Shown piece after piece: positions 39,345-61,545 of a stretch of DNA of 64,000 bases (position 1 is its first letter; the number at the start of each line of letters is the position of its first letter). A program made the position numbers and the translations under genes. The stretch is taken from assembly GCF_009914755.1 (NCBI RefSeq), contig NC_060933.1; one strand, 5' to 3'. Source of the DNA: the human T2T-CHM13v2.0 reference genome, Homo sapiens. The notes below the pieces were generated by a model. The model made no database searches, was not told the origin of the DNA, and saw only the letters and a list, made by a program, of their open reading frames with translations.

Positions 39345-40577
39345 GTGGCGGGGCGCGCTACAGAATTTGAGGGATGCACTGCAGAATTAAAATCCCACCC
39401 CCCCAGTTCCCAAATAGGGGGAAGTACTATTAAAGGTACTAAAATATAAACACTTTTTTTCCCCTGCAGTTTTGCCCTTTATTTGTCATGGTGTTTTTTG
39501 GTTTGCTATTTGATGCCATTCTAGGTAAAGGAAAATTTTAAGTTATTAGCATGAAACATATAAAGTTATTAGCATGAATTTTACCATTCTTTTTTTTTTT
39601 TTTTTGAGACGGAGTCTTGCTCTGTTGCCAAGGCTGGAGTGCATTGGCGTGGTCTTGGCTCACTGCAACCTCTGCCTTCTGGGTTCAAGCAATTCCCTGC
39701 CTCAGCCTCCTGAGTAGCTGGGATTACAGGCACCCACCACCATGCCCGGCTAATTTTTTGTATTTTTACTAGAGATGGGGTTTCACCATCTTGGCCAGGC
39801 TGGTCTTGAACTCCTGACCTTGTGATCCACTCGCCTCAGCCTCCAAAAGTGCTGGGATTACAGGCGTGAGCCACAATGCCAGGCTGCGTATTTTGTTCTT
39901 ACGAGGACAGTGGAAATACTGCACACAACAAGCCCAGCCACTTTTATTTCACTCCTTGACACACGCATGTTCCACCAACATGGCACACCTCTGTGGCTTT
40001 CTCACGGGTAAGGGAAAGACCACTGGGAAAGGAGGAGGGAGGGTACTGGGAAAGGAGGAGGGAGGGTGGCCTGTGTCCTTTCCTCCTGGGTCACGAACTT
40101 CTGAAGAAATGATGGGCTGATGCAGTGAAATGACATGAGTCAGAAGGTACCGCACAGCGCTTGGTGGTTCGTGTCTCAGAAAACTAGTGCCTTCTTTCCG
40201 AGTTCAGGGCAAGTTCTGATTGGAAGGGAAAGCATGGCCCGGGGCCCAGAGCACCTCTGCTCACTCAGCCAGCTCACTTACCTTGCTGTCACCTGGAGGT
40301 CCCGCTAAACTCCTGCTGCTGGGTGTTCCCTAGGAATTTCGTGCTCATGGGCATCGTGAATGCTACACATGAGCAGACGGCAGCCTCTCTGGTCACACGT
40401 GTGTGTATCCCCTCCGTTCACCCTCGGACTCCGTGTTCCATCGGACGTCACTTCTAAAACCCAAGTTCAAAGATAAAATTATTAAGAATGTGAAGATGGT
40501 CACAGCAGAGCATGAAGCCAAGTGTGGGGGCGTGTGTGACTGCAGAGGTGTGGGTGGGCCCCCTGCAGGGTCTGCTG
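39345..40577 (-). mobile_element. MER45B-like hAT-Tip100 element with internal Alu (about 39590-39883); another Alu at about 38706-39014(+)
   Basis: caagttcaaagataaaattattaagaat...cagcagagcatgaagccaagtg...tgtgtgactgca is the reverse complement of the MER45 5' end. Confidence 0.68.
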
Positions 40578-40713
40578 TGCAGGAAGCTTTTGATTTTCTA
40601 CCCACTGCACTTTTATCTTTTTTGAATGTTTAGTTGCCGATAAAATCAACATAGACATTTAAAATCAAGCTAACCATATGAAGACTGTCAAAGCCTTCTT
40701 CTCTTGTCTTCAG

Positions 40714-40906
40714 AGAAGTTCCTGGGAGACCAGCGGTTCAGCTATGGGCAGCCCCTCATACTGACCTTCCGGGTGCCCCCCGGGGACTCCCCACTCCCTG
40801 TACAGCTGAGGCTGGAAGGGACAGGCTTGGCCCTGTCCCTGAGGCACTCTAGCCTGTCTGGCCCCCAGGATGCCGGGCATCCCAGGGAGGTAGAGCTCAG
40901 GTTCCA
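40714..40906 (+). CDS. LAMC3: LAMC3 exon 10 (193 nt), L4 domain
   Basis: cttcag|AGAAG ... TTCCA|gtaagt; KFLGDQRFSYGQPLILTFRV, a typical laminin L4 motif. Confidence 0.96.
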
Positions 40907-41072
40907 GTAAGTATCCCCTTCTGTCCTGAGAGATGGGGAGGTGAGAGGGGTGGTCTCTGAGGTCCGGGCACATTTCAGATGCCCCTGTAGTCTGGGGGGC
41001 TACCCCCCATCCCCAGGCATGGTACCCCCCCACCCTATGTCGGGATCTCACTTTGACCGCTTCTCTCGCCAG

Positions 41073-41188
41073 CCTGCAGGAGACCTCCGAGGACGTGGCC
41101 CCTCCACTGCCCCCCTTCCACTTCCAGCGGCTCCTCGCCAACCTGACCAGCCTCCGCCTCCGCGTCAGTCCCGGCCCCAGCCCTGCCG
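41073..41188 (+). CDS. LAMC3: LAMC3 exon 11 (116 nt), L4 domain
   Basis: cgccag|CCTGCAG ... GCCG|gtcagt; LQETSEDVAPPLPPFHFQRLLANLTSLRLRVSPGPSPA. Confidence 0.95.
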
Positions 41189-41775
41189 GTCAGTAAAGAC
41201 AACCACATGCCCAAGACCCGAGTGCTTGCCAGGTCTCAGAACTGGGCTGGGCTCCGGCGGTCACAGTCTTGTCAGGGCCTTGCGGCCGGGTGGTTATTGT
41301 CCTGTTTTGCCAAGAAGGAACCTTAGTCAAAAGTCAGGACAGTTGCCAGAGGCCATATAACCTGTGAAGGCAATGGGGATGGTGGCTGAGGTCAGATGCA
41401 GGGAATGGACAGGAGAGAGGCCTGAAGGATGGGCCTCAGAGGCAGGTGTGCGGCCAGCAAGCCACCCAGACCCGCTGGGTGTGCTCACTCCACCTTCACT
41501 GGATCCACCAAGCCCCCTGTCCCCGCTGGACACAGCCCACAGCCGGCAGTCCAGGAGTCCCCTGGCAGAGTGACTCCCCTGCTGGTCACTGGCGGTATTG
41601 TACCTAAGCCACCCTAGGAGGGTCTGGTCTTCCCAAAGAGGGGGCCAAGCCATCACACATCATTGATGGGGGTCTGTCACCACCTCCCACCCTGGTCACA
41701 GTGATTGACAGCCTTAGCCTCTGATCTGTTCCTCATTAGAACCTCTACCCACACGCTATTTTAAAAATCAATATA

Positions 41776-45027
<3,252 letters not shown>

Positions 45028-45152
45028 CATTGATTGCTAGTCTGCCTTTATATACGTGGGCCTGGTCCATATGTGAACAGGAAGGTTTTGGGGGGAAGCA
45101 TGTGCAGGGAGCTTGTGCCTCCTCTCTTCCTCTCTCCCTTCTCGCTCTGCAG

Positions 45153-45371
45153 GTCCAGTGTTCCTGACTGAGGTCCGGCTCACATCCGCCCGGCCAGGGC
45201 TTTCCCCGCCAGCCTCCTGGGTGGAGATTTGTTCATGTCCCACTGGCTACACGGGCCAGTTCTGTGAATCCTGTGCTCCGGGATACAAGAGGGAGATGCC
45301 ACAGGGGGGTCCCTATGCCAGCTGTGTCCCCTGCACCTGTAACCAGCATGGCACCTGTGACCCCAACACAG
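45153..45371 (+). CDS. LAMC3: LAMC3 exon 12 (219 nt), L4 end and LE modules
   Basis: ctgcag|GTCCAG ... ACAG|gtgagt; PVFLTEVRLTSARPG...WVEICSCPTGYTGQFCESCAPGY. Confidence 0.97.
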
Positions 45372-46316
45372 GTGAGTCTCCTGGCACCCCATCCGAAGGC
45401 ACCTGGGTTATACCCAAAACAGCGGGATGAGTACTGACCTGAACAGGGCCAGCCTGGCACAGGCATTGAGGTGTTGGCCAAGCTGTGGGGCAGTGCGGGC
45501 ACTGAGCTTTCCCGTGCTGCTCAGTGCCTGGGCACCTCATAGTTTAATAAAAGTTACTACTGGAATTTGTTGAAGCCTCAGGCTCTGTGCCAAGGACTTT
45601 GTATGTATCAGGTGATAACCATAAGCCAGCTGCTCTGTGGGCCATCTGTCCGCGCCACCTTCTCCCTGGGCTGGCCCTTTTCCCAGGAAGGACCAGGGAA
45701 AGACCTCAGGGGTCTTTACATGCAGAGGGTGCTGTGAGGAAGGGCAGAGGCACCAGCATGGCAGGTGACAGCAGGAGGGTTCTCAAGAAGGTCACACAGG
45801 TGACAGCAGCTCATAGGCACCAACCCAGAACCACAGACCTGCCACCCTCACCCCTTAGTGGCCATGGGAAAGTCACTTCCCTCCCTGAGCCTGCTTCCTC
45901 TTCTGTAAGGTGGAGATAATGACAGTATATACACTGCTTCTGTTTCTACACAAAGCCATATGGTGGTCAGGAGACGCTCAGGCTCTGAAAACACAGGCCT
46001 GGGTTGCATAGGAGCTCAGCCATAGCTAACTGGGAATGCCTTAGGGAAGCGCAGATAATGAAAGTCTCTACTTTTCAGGACACTTGGGAAATAATAAAAT
46101 AGTGTCACCAGGTTCCTGCATGTGCTAGTCACCTTCTCTACACTATATCATTGACTCCTGCAGACATCCCTGCGGGGCCGGGACCCTTCCTGTCCCATCT
46201 CACAGGTGAAGGCCCCACGCTGCAGTGCAGATGCATGGCCAGCAGGTGGCAGAGCCGTGCCTCCCTCCAGCCTGGACTCCTGAGGCCTGGTTGCTGCTGG
46301 CTACTCATTCTCACTT

Positions 46317-48897
<2,581 letters not shown>

Positions 48898-49258
48898 AGC
48901 AGCGATGAGTATGTGTGCCAGAGAGTGTGCAAGGTACTTTGAATGCATGGTCTTGTTGGACCCTGACGAGAACCCTTTGAAGTCAGTGCTGTGGTTGTTC
49001 CCATTTTGCAGATGGGGAGACTGAGGTGTGGGGGCATCAGACAACTTGCCCAGCTTTGCACAGGCAGTAAGTGGTGGACATGAACCAGGTGGTCCAGCTC
49101 CAGGCCTGGACCCTCAATCCCCAGGCCTTGCTGCCTCTGCCTGGGAAAGGTCCCCACCCCACTTCTGCCCGGGATGTGCTCCCTAACCTCTCCCACCGGG
49201 ATGCCCACCATCTCTGGGCATTCTGGGTTCAGACAGTGGTGCTTGTCTTGCCCCTCAG

Positions 49259-49447
49259 GGATCTGTGTCTGCAGCCACCATACCGAGGGCCCATCCTGTG
49301 AACGCTGTTTGCCAGGTTTCTATGGCAACCCTTTCGCGGGCCAAGCCGACGACTGCCAGCCCTGTCCCTGCCCTGGCCAGTCGGCCTGTACGACCATCCC
49401 AGAGAGCCGGGAGGTGGTGTGTACCCACTGCCCCCCGGGCCAGAGAG
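49259..49447 (+). CDS. LAMC3: LAMC3 exon 13 (189 nt), LE modules
   Basis: cctcag|GGATC ... AGAG|gtaagt; [38 protein letters not shown]. Confidence 0.97.
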
Positions 49448-49978
49448 GTAAGTGACTCCTGCCCCGGAGCCCTGCCCCGCAGAGGGCCAAGCCCCGGCAC
49501 TGTGACTATGCCCTGGGCTCCAGGGTTAGGGCCCTGGGTTTAGGGTGTGGCAGGTGAGGGAGAGCCCAGCTTACGGGCAGCAGGCATGACCTCTGAGGAC
49601 ACGGAATCCCTCAGCCCCATAGCCAGAGCCCCAGGCTGCCGCACATTGCCAGCAGAATTTGGGCCATTGAGAATTTGGGCTATTTGAAAATACCCGTATC
49701 TGGTCCCTGGCCCCTTAGAGCCTGGGTTAGTGATAGCTGAACAAGTTCCCTGGGTGATTCTGTTACACAGCTAAGGTGGAAAACCTCGATTAAACTTCTA
49801 GCCTTTAAAAAATGTCATCAGGTAGGTAATGTGCAAAGCAGAACCACCTACGCCCACCCTTGTTCCCAGGCTCCTTGTATTCTTTCCTGCTCTGGACTCA
49901 GACATCCTCGACTCTGATTTTTTTTAAAAAGCAGCTTTATTGAGATACTATTCATATACCTGACAGTTCACCCATTTA

Positions 49979-53464
<3,486 letters not shown>

Positions 53465-53698
53465 CTATGTCCAGAGTAGACCTCTAGAACCACCCTCCAA
53501 AAGCCCCCTCGCACAGCATGTCTTCTGCAGCTCACAGGTAACCTGGAGGCTGGAAGATGAGCCAGAAAGCCCAGGTCAAACCCAGAAAGCAGGACAGGAG
53601 TCTGCAATGCACAGTCTAGAGGAAGTTCAGAAAACATGAGAAACAGAAAAGGTAAAGGGGCCAGGGATTGCAAAGGAAAATGCACCCAGCTAAGAGGG

Positions 53699-54853
<1,155 letters not shown>

Positions 54854-55183
54854 TAGCCACCACTCCTGAGTGCTTACTACATGTCAGGCTGGATGTTAAG
54901 CGCTTTTCACAAATTATGTCACTGAATCCTCCCCACAGTCCTGTGGGGAGCTGCCATTGTTGTCCCCGCTTTAGAGATGAGGAACCTGAGCTCCTAGAGG
55001 CGCAGTGGCTTGCTCAGGACCACACAGCTGTGGGCAGCCACTGGGGGCCGGTCCCAGGTCCTCCTGCCCAAGCCCGTGCTGCTCCGGGGAAGGTGGAGGG
55101 ACGCTTGCTCTGCTTCACACCCACCCTCATCCCTGGTGGGTCCAGCCAGCTGTGTTCCCCACACGTGCTCCCTCTACACACAG

Positions 55184-55429
55184 GGCGGCGCTGTGAGGTC
55201 TGTGATGATGGCTTTTTTGGGGACCCGCTGGGGCTCTTTGGGCACCCCCAGCCCTGCCACCAGTGCCAGTGTAGCGGGAACGTGGACCCCAATGCCGTGG
55301 GCAACTGTGACCCCCTGTCTGGCCACTGCCTGCGCTGCCTGCACAACACCACGGGTGACCACTGTGAGCACTGTCAGGAAGGCTTCTACGGGAGCGCCCT
55401 GGCCCCTCGACCCGCAGACAAATGCATGC
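55184..55429 (+). CDS. LAMC3: LAMC3 exon 14 (246 nt), LE modules including the nidogen-binding loop NVDPNAV (55279-55299)
   Basis: acacag|GGCGG ... ATGC|gtgagt; RRCEVCDDGFFGDPLG...CQCSGNVDPNAVGNCDPLSGHCLRCLHNTTG; homologous to the gamma-1 NIDPNAV site. Confidence 0.97.
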
Positions 55430-55941
55430 GTGAGTACCTACCTCCAGACCCCAGGGTGGCACATGGTGGGCCCCTTCTCTTCTGCCCTGGCTCAGGGCCC
55501 AGAAGGGGTGGCTGAGGAACCCACCAGAACCAGCTGGCTCCTCTGCAAGGCTGTCCAGCCTCAGGCAGGTCACTTCCCTTCCTGTCTCCATGTCCAGAAA
55601 GCACAAGGGTTTGCCCCTCTCCCAGGTCTCTTTCAGCCGGGAGATCTTATAAACTCTGATCCGAAGCCTGGATTGTCTAGTGCTTACCTCCCACTCTGCA
55701 GTCAGCACGTATGGCTGACCCGGTGATCGCCCTGCGCCGGGTCTCCATGGCCATGCCTCCCCTCATCACCTCAGTTAACACTCAGCCCCTGGGAGGCTCC
55801 CAGAGCCCTGCAGGAGGGAAGCTCAGCCTTTGCTCCACACTGATGTGCTTGGAGCCCTTTCCCACGCAGCAGCTGCCGGCTCCTGCTCACTCTCGCTTTG
55901 TGGAACCCCTGCAGGAAACACCGCTCTGGCCCAGAGTGAGA

Positions 55942-56050
55942 TGCTCCCCTGGCAGTGGCCAGGAGAACAGGGTCACGGGACCCAGAGCCATGGGTGCAGG
56001 GCTGTGCCTGTGACCCTCGCCCAAGTCTCTGGCCCTCTGCAGCCTGCCAG
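55942..56050 (+). repeat. 109-bp direct repeat, copy 1 (intron 14)
   Basis: 99/109 identical to 57425-57533, ungapped. Confidence 0.95.
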
Positions 56051-56301
56051 GGCTCAGGGCAGGCTCAGAAGGATTGTCTGTTACCATGACCGTCCTGGGC
56101 TGTCCCTCTAAGGATATAGTCAATGGGCTGAGGCTTGAGCTTGGCCCTGGAGCCTTTTTCCAGCAGTGGCGTCTGAATCTGGGCTGAATGTGCCGTATCA
56201 TCTCTGGAGGCTCCCCCATCTCCTCTGCCTCTGTTGGACCCCCAAAGTTGGAACAGACAATCTGCATTGTTCCCAACACCCCTTCCTGCTCCTGCCCCCA
56301 G

Positions 56302-56455
56302 CTTGCAGCTGTCACCCACAGGGCTCGGTCAGTGAGCAGATGCCCTGCGACCCAGTGACAGGCCAATGCTCCTGCCTGCCTCATGTGACTGCACGGGACT
56401 GCAGCCGCTGCTACCCTGGCTTCTTCGACCTCCAGCCTGGGAGGGGCTGCCGGAG
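56302..56455 (+). CDS. LAMC3: LAMC3 exon 15 (154 nt), LE module
   Basis: ccccag|CTTGC ... CGGAG|gtaggt; CSCHPQGSVSEQMPCDPVTGQCSCLPHVTARDCSRCYPGFF. Confidence 0.97.
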
Positions 56456-57131
56456 GTAGGTAGGGTGAGACTGCCGGTGCCCTGGGGACCTCTCCAGGAG
56501 GGAAGAAGGCATCGGGCAGCCCCCAGGGAGGGGCCTGGTTTGGAAGGTGTTGTCCTAGGCCCACTGCCAGGCACATTGTGCCCTTTGCCGAAGGGGAGCA
56601 AAGGGATGGACTCTTGGCATCCGACTCATGCTCCTGCCAGCCCAGGATGCAGGCCAAGAGCAGCCCTAAAGGGTGTCCAGGCAGGCAGGTGGCCGGTTTG
56701 GTCTCTGATTCCCTTCTCAGTGACACTCTCCCTGGGTGGCCTTTTGGCCACAGTAGCACCTTAGACAAGTGTTCTTAGGGAACAGGAGGACTCCAGGGAA
56801 ACACCAAGTGGAGCAAACAGGTTTCTTCCTTGCAGGACTTCTCAGAGCTCTTACTATGCTGATTGCATCATGACTTTCCAACAGAGGGGTATAGTCTCCC
56901 CGAGACACGTTTGTCCCCATAGCCTTATTTTATCTTCTTTTCTCCCTGAGCATCCTGGGAAACTTGTGCTTTCCAGAGCACAGCTGGGGAAGCTGTGCCA
57001 TGCACCGAGAGGAGATGGGGTCTTGTCAGCAGAGGGCTGTGATCTGAGGCCCCAGCCAGCTGCAGCCGGCAGAGGCTGGGCCAGGAGTGGCCCTGAGCTT
57101 GCCTCAGACCCAGTTCCTTCCCTGATCACAG

Positions 57132-57274
57132 CTGCAAGTGTCACCCACTGGGCTCCCAGGAGGACCAGTGCCATCCCAAGACTGGACAGTGCACCTGCCG
57201 CCCAGGTGTCACAGGCCAGGCCTGTGACAGGTGCCAGCTGGGTTTCTTCGGCTTCTCCATCAAGGGCTGCCGGG
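57132..57274 (+). CDS. LAMC3: LAMC3 exon 16 (143 nt), LE module
   Basis: tcacag|CTGCAAG ... CGGG|gtaagg; CKCHPLGSQEDQCHPKTGQCTCRPGVTGQACDRCQLGFFGFSIKGCR. Confidence 0.97.
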
Positions 57275-57424
57275 GTAAGGAGGCTGGGTCCTTCCCGGGC
57301 TGCCCTGAGGGTGGGGCCCGAGGGTCTCTGGGCAGAGATGACTGATGGGGAAAATGGGCGCAGCAGGAAAGGATCGTCAGACATGGGACAGGGTCCCGAG
57401 AGCAGCCGGAAGCATGGAGCGAGT

Positions 57425-57533
57425 TGCTCCCGTGGCAGTGGCCGGGACAGCAGAGTCACATGACCCAGAGCAGTGGGTGCAGGGCTGTGCTTGTGACCCT
57501 CGCCCAAGTCTCTGGCCCTCTGCAGCCTGCCAG
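57425..57533 (+). repeat. 109-bp direct repeat, copy 2 (intron 16)
   Basis: 99/109 identical to 55942-56050; last 42 nt identical. Confidence 0.95.
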
Positions 57534-57801
57534 TGTCCTCATGCCGGCCAGGAATGTAGTCCCAGACGCGCTGTTAAGTGCCTGTGTGCCTGGGGCCATC
57601 ATGTCACTCTCTGGGCCTCAGTTTCCTCACCTGTAGAGTTGGGCTGCATTGGCAGTTCCTAAACCTGGCTGGTCCTCAGATCCCGAGGGAACATTGGAAT
57701 AAGCCAGGCTCTGTGCCACCTTCAACCTTCTGAATCAGAATCTCCAGGGAAGGGCCCAGGAATGTTTTTGATGCTGCCTAGGGCATTCTGGGAACACCCA
57801 G

Positions 57802-57894
57802 AACCCAGCACGCACTGCCCCTGGCCCCTCTAAACCCAGCACGCACTGCCCCTGGCCCCTCTAAACCCAGCACGCACTGCCCCTGGCCCCTCTA
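57802..57894. repeat. Perfect 3 x 31-bp tandem repeat at the exon 17 acceptor
   Basis: AACCCAGCACGCACTGCCCCTGGCCCCTCTA at 57802, 57833 and 57864. Confidence 0.98.
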
Positions 57895-57895
57895 G

Positions 57896-58074
57896 CCTGC
57901 AGGTGCTCCCCACTGGGCGCTGCCTCGGCCCAGTGCCACGAGAACGGCACATGCGTGTGCAGGCCTGGCTTCGAGGGCTACAAATGTGACCGCTGCCACG
58001 ACAACTTCTTCCTCACGGCAGACGGCACACACTGCCAGCAATGTCCGTCCTGCTACGCCCTGGTGAAGGAGGAG
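57896..58074 (+). CDS. LAMC3: LAMC3 exon 17 (179 nt), last LE module and start of coiled coil
   Basis: ctctag|CCTGC ... GAGGAG|gtgagt; CRCSPLGAASAQCHENGTCVCRPGFEGYKCDRC...CPSCYALVKEE. Confidence 0.97.
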
Positions 58075-58673
58075 GTGAGTCGGCCCAGACCCACTCACCT
58101 TTCCATTCATTCTGTATTCCCAGCAAGTGCCAGCTCTATGCCGGGCACCAGGAACTGCCTGCTTACCCCCAGTGCTCAGGCTTTGCAAGCCCACCACCTA
58201 CCTTCTCCCTGTGCCCACCCAGCTTCAGGCCTGTTCCAGCCTGGCTCGACCCTCACCTCGGCCCTTCCCCTGCTCTAGGTGGATGGGGGAAATGTGACTC
58301 TTGTCACCTGCCTTTCCCCACCACGCCAGGCTGGGGTCTCACTCTCTCAGGTTCGGTGGGGATGAGACCACAGATGACCCCTTGGTAAAGAGGGTTAACA
58401 GGAGGTGATTCTGAGTGGGAAGGTGGCTGGTGCAGAAGTCCGGAGTTCAAGCTCTAGGGTTAACCCATTGGGGTTCCCCTCCCCCAACTCCATTCATTGT
58501 CATGTGTCTGGGCAGGCAACAGCCTTGGTAAGCCTCTGTCTCTTTCGTACTCCAGACTGGAGATAGTTCAGGCCTGCAATCCTTTTCTAGAAACCAGTGG
58601 GGCCAGCTTTCAGAATGTGTGGCATTGTAGAAAGATAAGATGGCATACACTGAAGGCCGGGTGCTGTGGCTCA

Positions 58674-58934
<261 letters not shown>

Positions 58935-59707
58935 CTAAAAAAAAAAAGATGCATGCTGTGCTGAATATCACATAATCCCCCACTGTGAATGGGCAGCCCC
59001 CATAGTCAAGCCCAGTGATATTTATGCAGGAAAACAGACGACTATTTCCACGAAGTGGGTAAATGAAGACCACAAGTAGCCTTTTTCAGAACAGGTTTAT
59101 TTCAGGTAAGGTTTTGCTCTCGAGTGAGGAATGGAATGCCTTGTGGCTTTTCAGAACATTTTGGACTTGGGAATGGAGGACAGGGCCCAGGACCTGTGCC
59201 TGCCACTTCACTTAGAGCGGTGACAGGAGGAATCAAGCTGGGACATGGCAGGCATTTGTGCTGAGACTGGCTCCTAGGAAGTGTTCTGTAAATGCAGTTA
59301 TTGTTTGTCTGATGAAAAGATGGAGCTAGGGTATGTTCATAGCACATTCAGCCAGTGTCCATAGTGTGCTTTCTCCATGTGGCGTCCTGGGAACACAGCG
59401 AACAGGACAGGCAGAAATCCTCGTGGGGCATCCCTCCCCATCCCTTCCTCCCCACCTTCCGAGGTAGGACAGCAGTGTGGTCAGCGGTGTCGGCAGGTGC
59501 CGTGAGGATGGGAGGGGAAGGGACAGCTACCATGGGGTGGGCAGGATTGGCTCTCAGAGGTGTGGCATACCCTTAGCGCTGAGGCCCAGGGGAGGATTTG
59601 GAGAAGGGAACCCCCAGGGAGAGTGGCAGGGTAGAAGCCAGCGGGAGTGTCTGGGCAGGACCTCCATGCCACCAGCCTCATACACCTTTTCTTCCTGTCC
59701 TCTCCAG

Positions 59708-59849
59708 GCAGCCAAGCTGAAGGCCAGACTGACTTTGACGGAGGGGTGGCTCCAAGGGTCCGACTGTGGCAGTCCCTGGGGACCACTAGACATTCTGCTG
59801 GGAGAGGCCCCAAGGGGGGACGTCTACCAGGGCCATCACCTGCTTCCAG
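59708..59849 (+). CDS. LAMC3: LAMC3 exon 18 (142 nt), coiled-coil region, contains RGD
   Basis: ctccag|GCAGCC ... CCAG|gtacag; AAKLKARLTLTEGWLQGSDCGSPWGPLDILLGEAPRGDVYQGHHLLP. Confidence 0.94.
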
Positions 59850-60853
59850 GTACAGCAGGAGCGCAGAGCGGGAGGGTGGGAGGCAAGGGGAGGCCCCCAG
59901 CGCCTGCAGTCTGGTGTCGTTGGATGCTTTGGGGGCCCTCCCAAAACAGCCCTGTTGCCATGGGCCTTTACTTCCCTAGCCCACCTGTAACTTTATTAAT
60001 ATCAGTCCTTGTCACCATGCCTCTGCCCTACTCAGACTCTAAGCTCAGTGAGGATGGGGCTGGGCTCATTCATTTATTCACTCCCTCCACAGGGGTGTCA
60101 TGAGGCGCTGCTTCAGAGGCTGGACTGGGAGGGTCTTGCTGTCTTGATTCTTGGCCGTTTTGCTCTGCCATAGGCCAGCACGGTGCTCAGCACATAGAAA
60201 ATCTTAATAAATGAGTAAATAAGACAAAAGAAGGAGGGCCAGGTGTGGTGGCTCGTTCCTGTAATCCCAGCACTTTGGGAGCCAAGACAGGAGGATTGCC
60301 TGAGCCCAGGAGTTTGAGATCAGTCCGGGCAACACAGCAAGACCTTGTTTCTATGAATGGAAGCAGGGAGGGAGGGAGGACCTGGAAATGGCGCTGAAAT
60401 GGATTGGATTACTTTGTGAAGTTTTATATGTGTAAGTGCTACACTCCTTTAGCAGCCAGACAGAGGCGAGCTGAGAACCTGTTAGCAGGACTCACTGTGG
60501 AAATAGGGGCTATCAGATACCGTGTCTTAAAATGCCCACATGTGAGCCACATTGTGAATCAGAGCTGATTTGAAGGGTCCAGAATTGCTTGTGTGGCTCC
60601 AGAAGGCCTGGGTCTCTCCCGGTCCCTGTGTATGACTGACTTGCTGTGGGTAGGACCTCGGGTCATGTTTGCCTTCTCTGGGCCTCGGCCTGCACCTGGA
60701 AAATGGGGGTACTCTGCCTTTGGGACTACCTGTTGGTGCTCAGGGCTGCTGATGCCTGGGGAATGGAGGCCACAGAAGGGGACCCCTGGGGGTGGGGGCT
60801 TTTGTGTGACATCTCCACCACTTTGTGACCCCTGGGCTGTGGGCTTCCCATAG

Positions 60854-61059
60854 GGGCTCGGGAAGCCTTCCTGGAGCAGATGATGAGCCTCGAGGGTGCT
60901 GTCAAGGCCGCCCGGGAGCAGCTGCAGAGGCTGAACAAGGGTGCCCGCTGTGCCCAGGCCGGATCCCAGAAGACCTGCACCCAGCTGGCAGACCTGGAGG
61001 CAGTGCTGGAGTCCTCGGAAGAGGAGATTCTGCATGCAGCTGCCATTCTCGCGTCTCTG
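60854..61059 (+). CDS. LAMC3: LAMC3 exon 19 (206 nt), coiled coil
   Basis: ccatag|GGGCT ... CTG|gtatcc; AREAFLEQMMSLEGAVKAAREQLQRLNKG...EEEILHAAAILASL. Confidence 0.94.
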
Positions 61060-61468
61060 GTATCCCAGGGGACCCCCCTACCCGAACACACCAAACCTGG
61101 GCATTGGTCCCTGCCCCAGCCCTCCCATTGACCTGGTGACCTTGGGTATGACTCCCCACTTTGGGAGGCTTAATTTCATCTGCAAAGTGGGGATCACACA
61201 GTGCCTCCTCCTGGATTCAGCGAGAGGATGTTTGCAAAGGGCGAGGCATGTTCCGAGGAGACTGAATGCGCAGTAAGTGGTGGGCTGCATCCTTATTGGT
61301 GTTTCTGCATCCTAGGACTCCGCTCACTGAATGCCGATGTTGTGGCCAGCTTTGTGCATTTATAAAACGACGGGTGCCATCCAGTTCTGCCTCACAATTG
61401 GACCAGATGTGGCCCTTACCCTTTGGCGATGGGCCATCAGTTTCCTCCTCTTCCTCTTCTTTCTACAG

Positions 61469-61545
61469 GAGATTCCTCAGGAAGGTCCCAGTCAGCCGAC
61501 CAAATGGAGCCACCTGGCCACAGAGGCCCGTGCCCTCGCCAGGAG
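61469..61545 (+). CDS. LAMC3: LAMC3 exon 20 (77 nt), coiled coil
   Basis: Long pyrimidine tract, ctacag|GAGATT ... AGGAG|gtgagt; EIPQEGPSQPTKWSHLATEARALAR. Confidence 0.94.

Noticed and set aside
55887-56768. 293-aa antisense ORF across exon 15
   Set aside because: GC-rich stop-poor shadow of the coding region; no recognisable domain.
61466-61471. CAG-GAG tandem acceptor at exon 20 (also exon 3)
   Set aside because: A distal GAG is rarely used as an acceptor; no evidence of alternative use.
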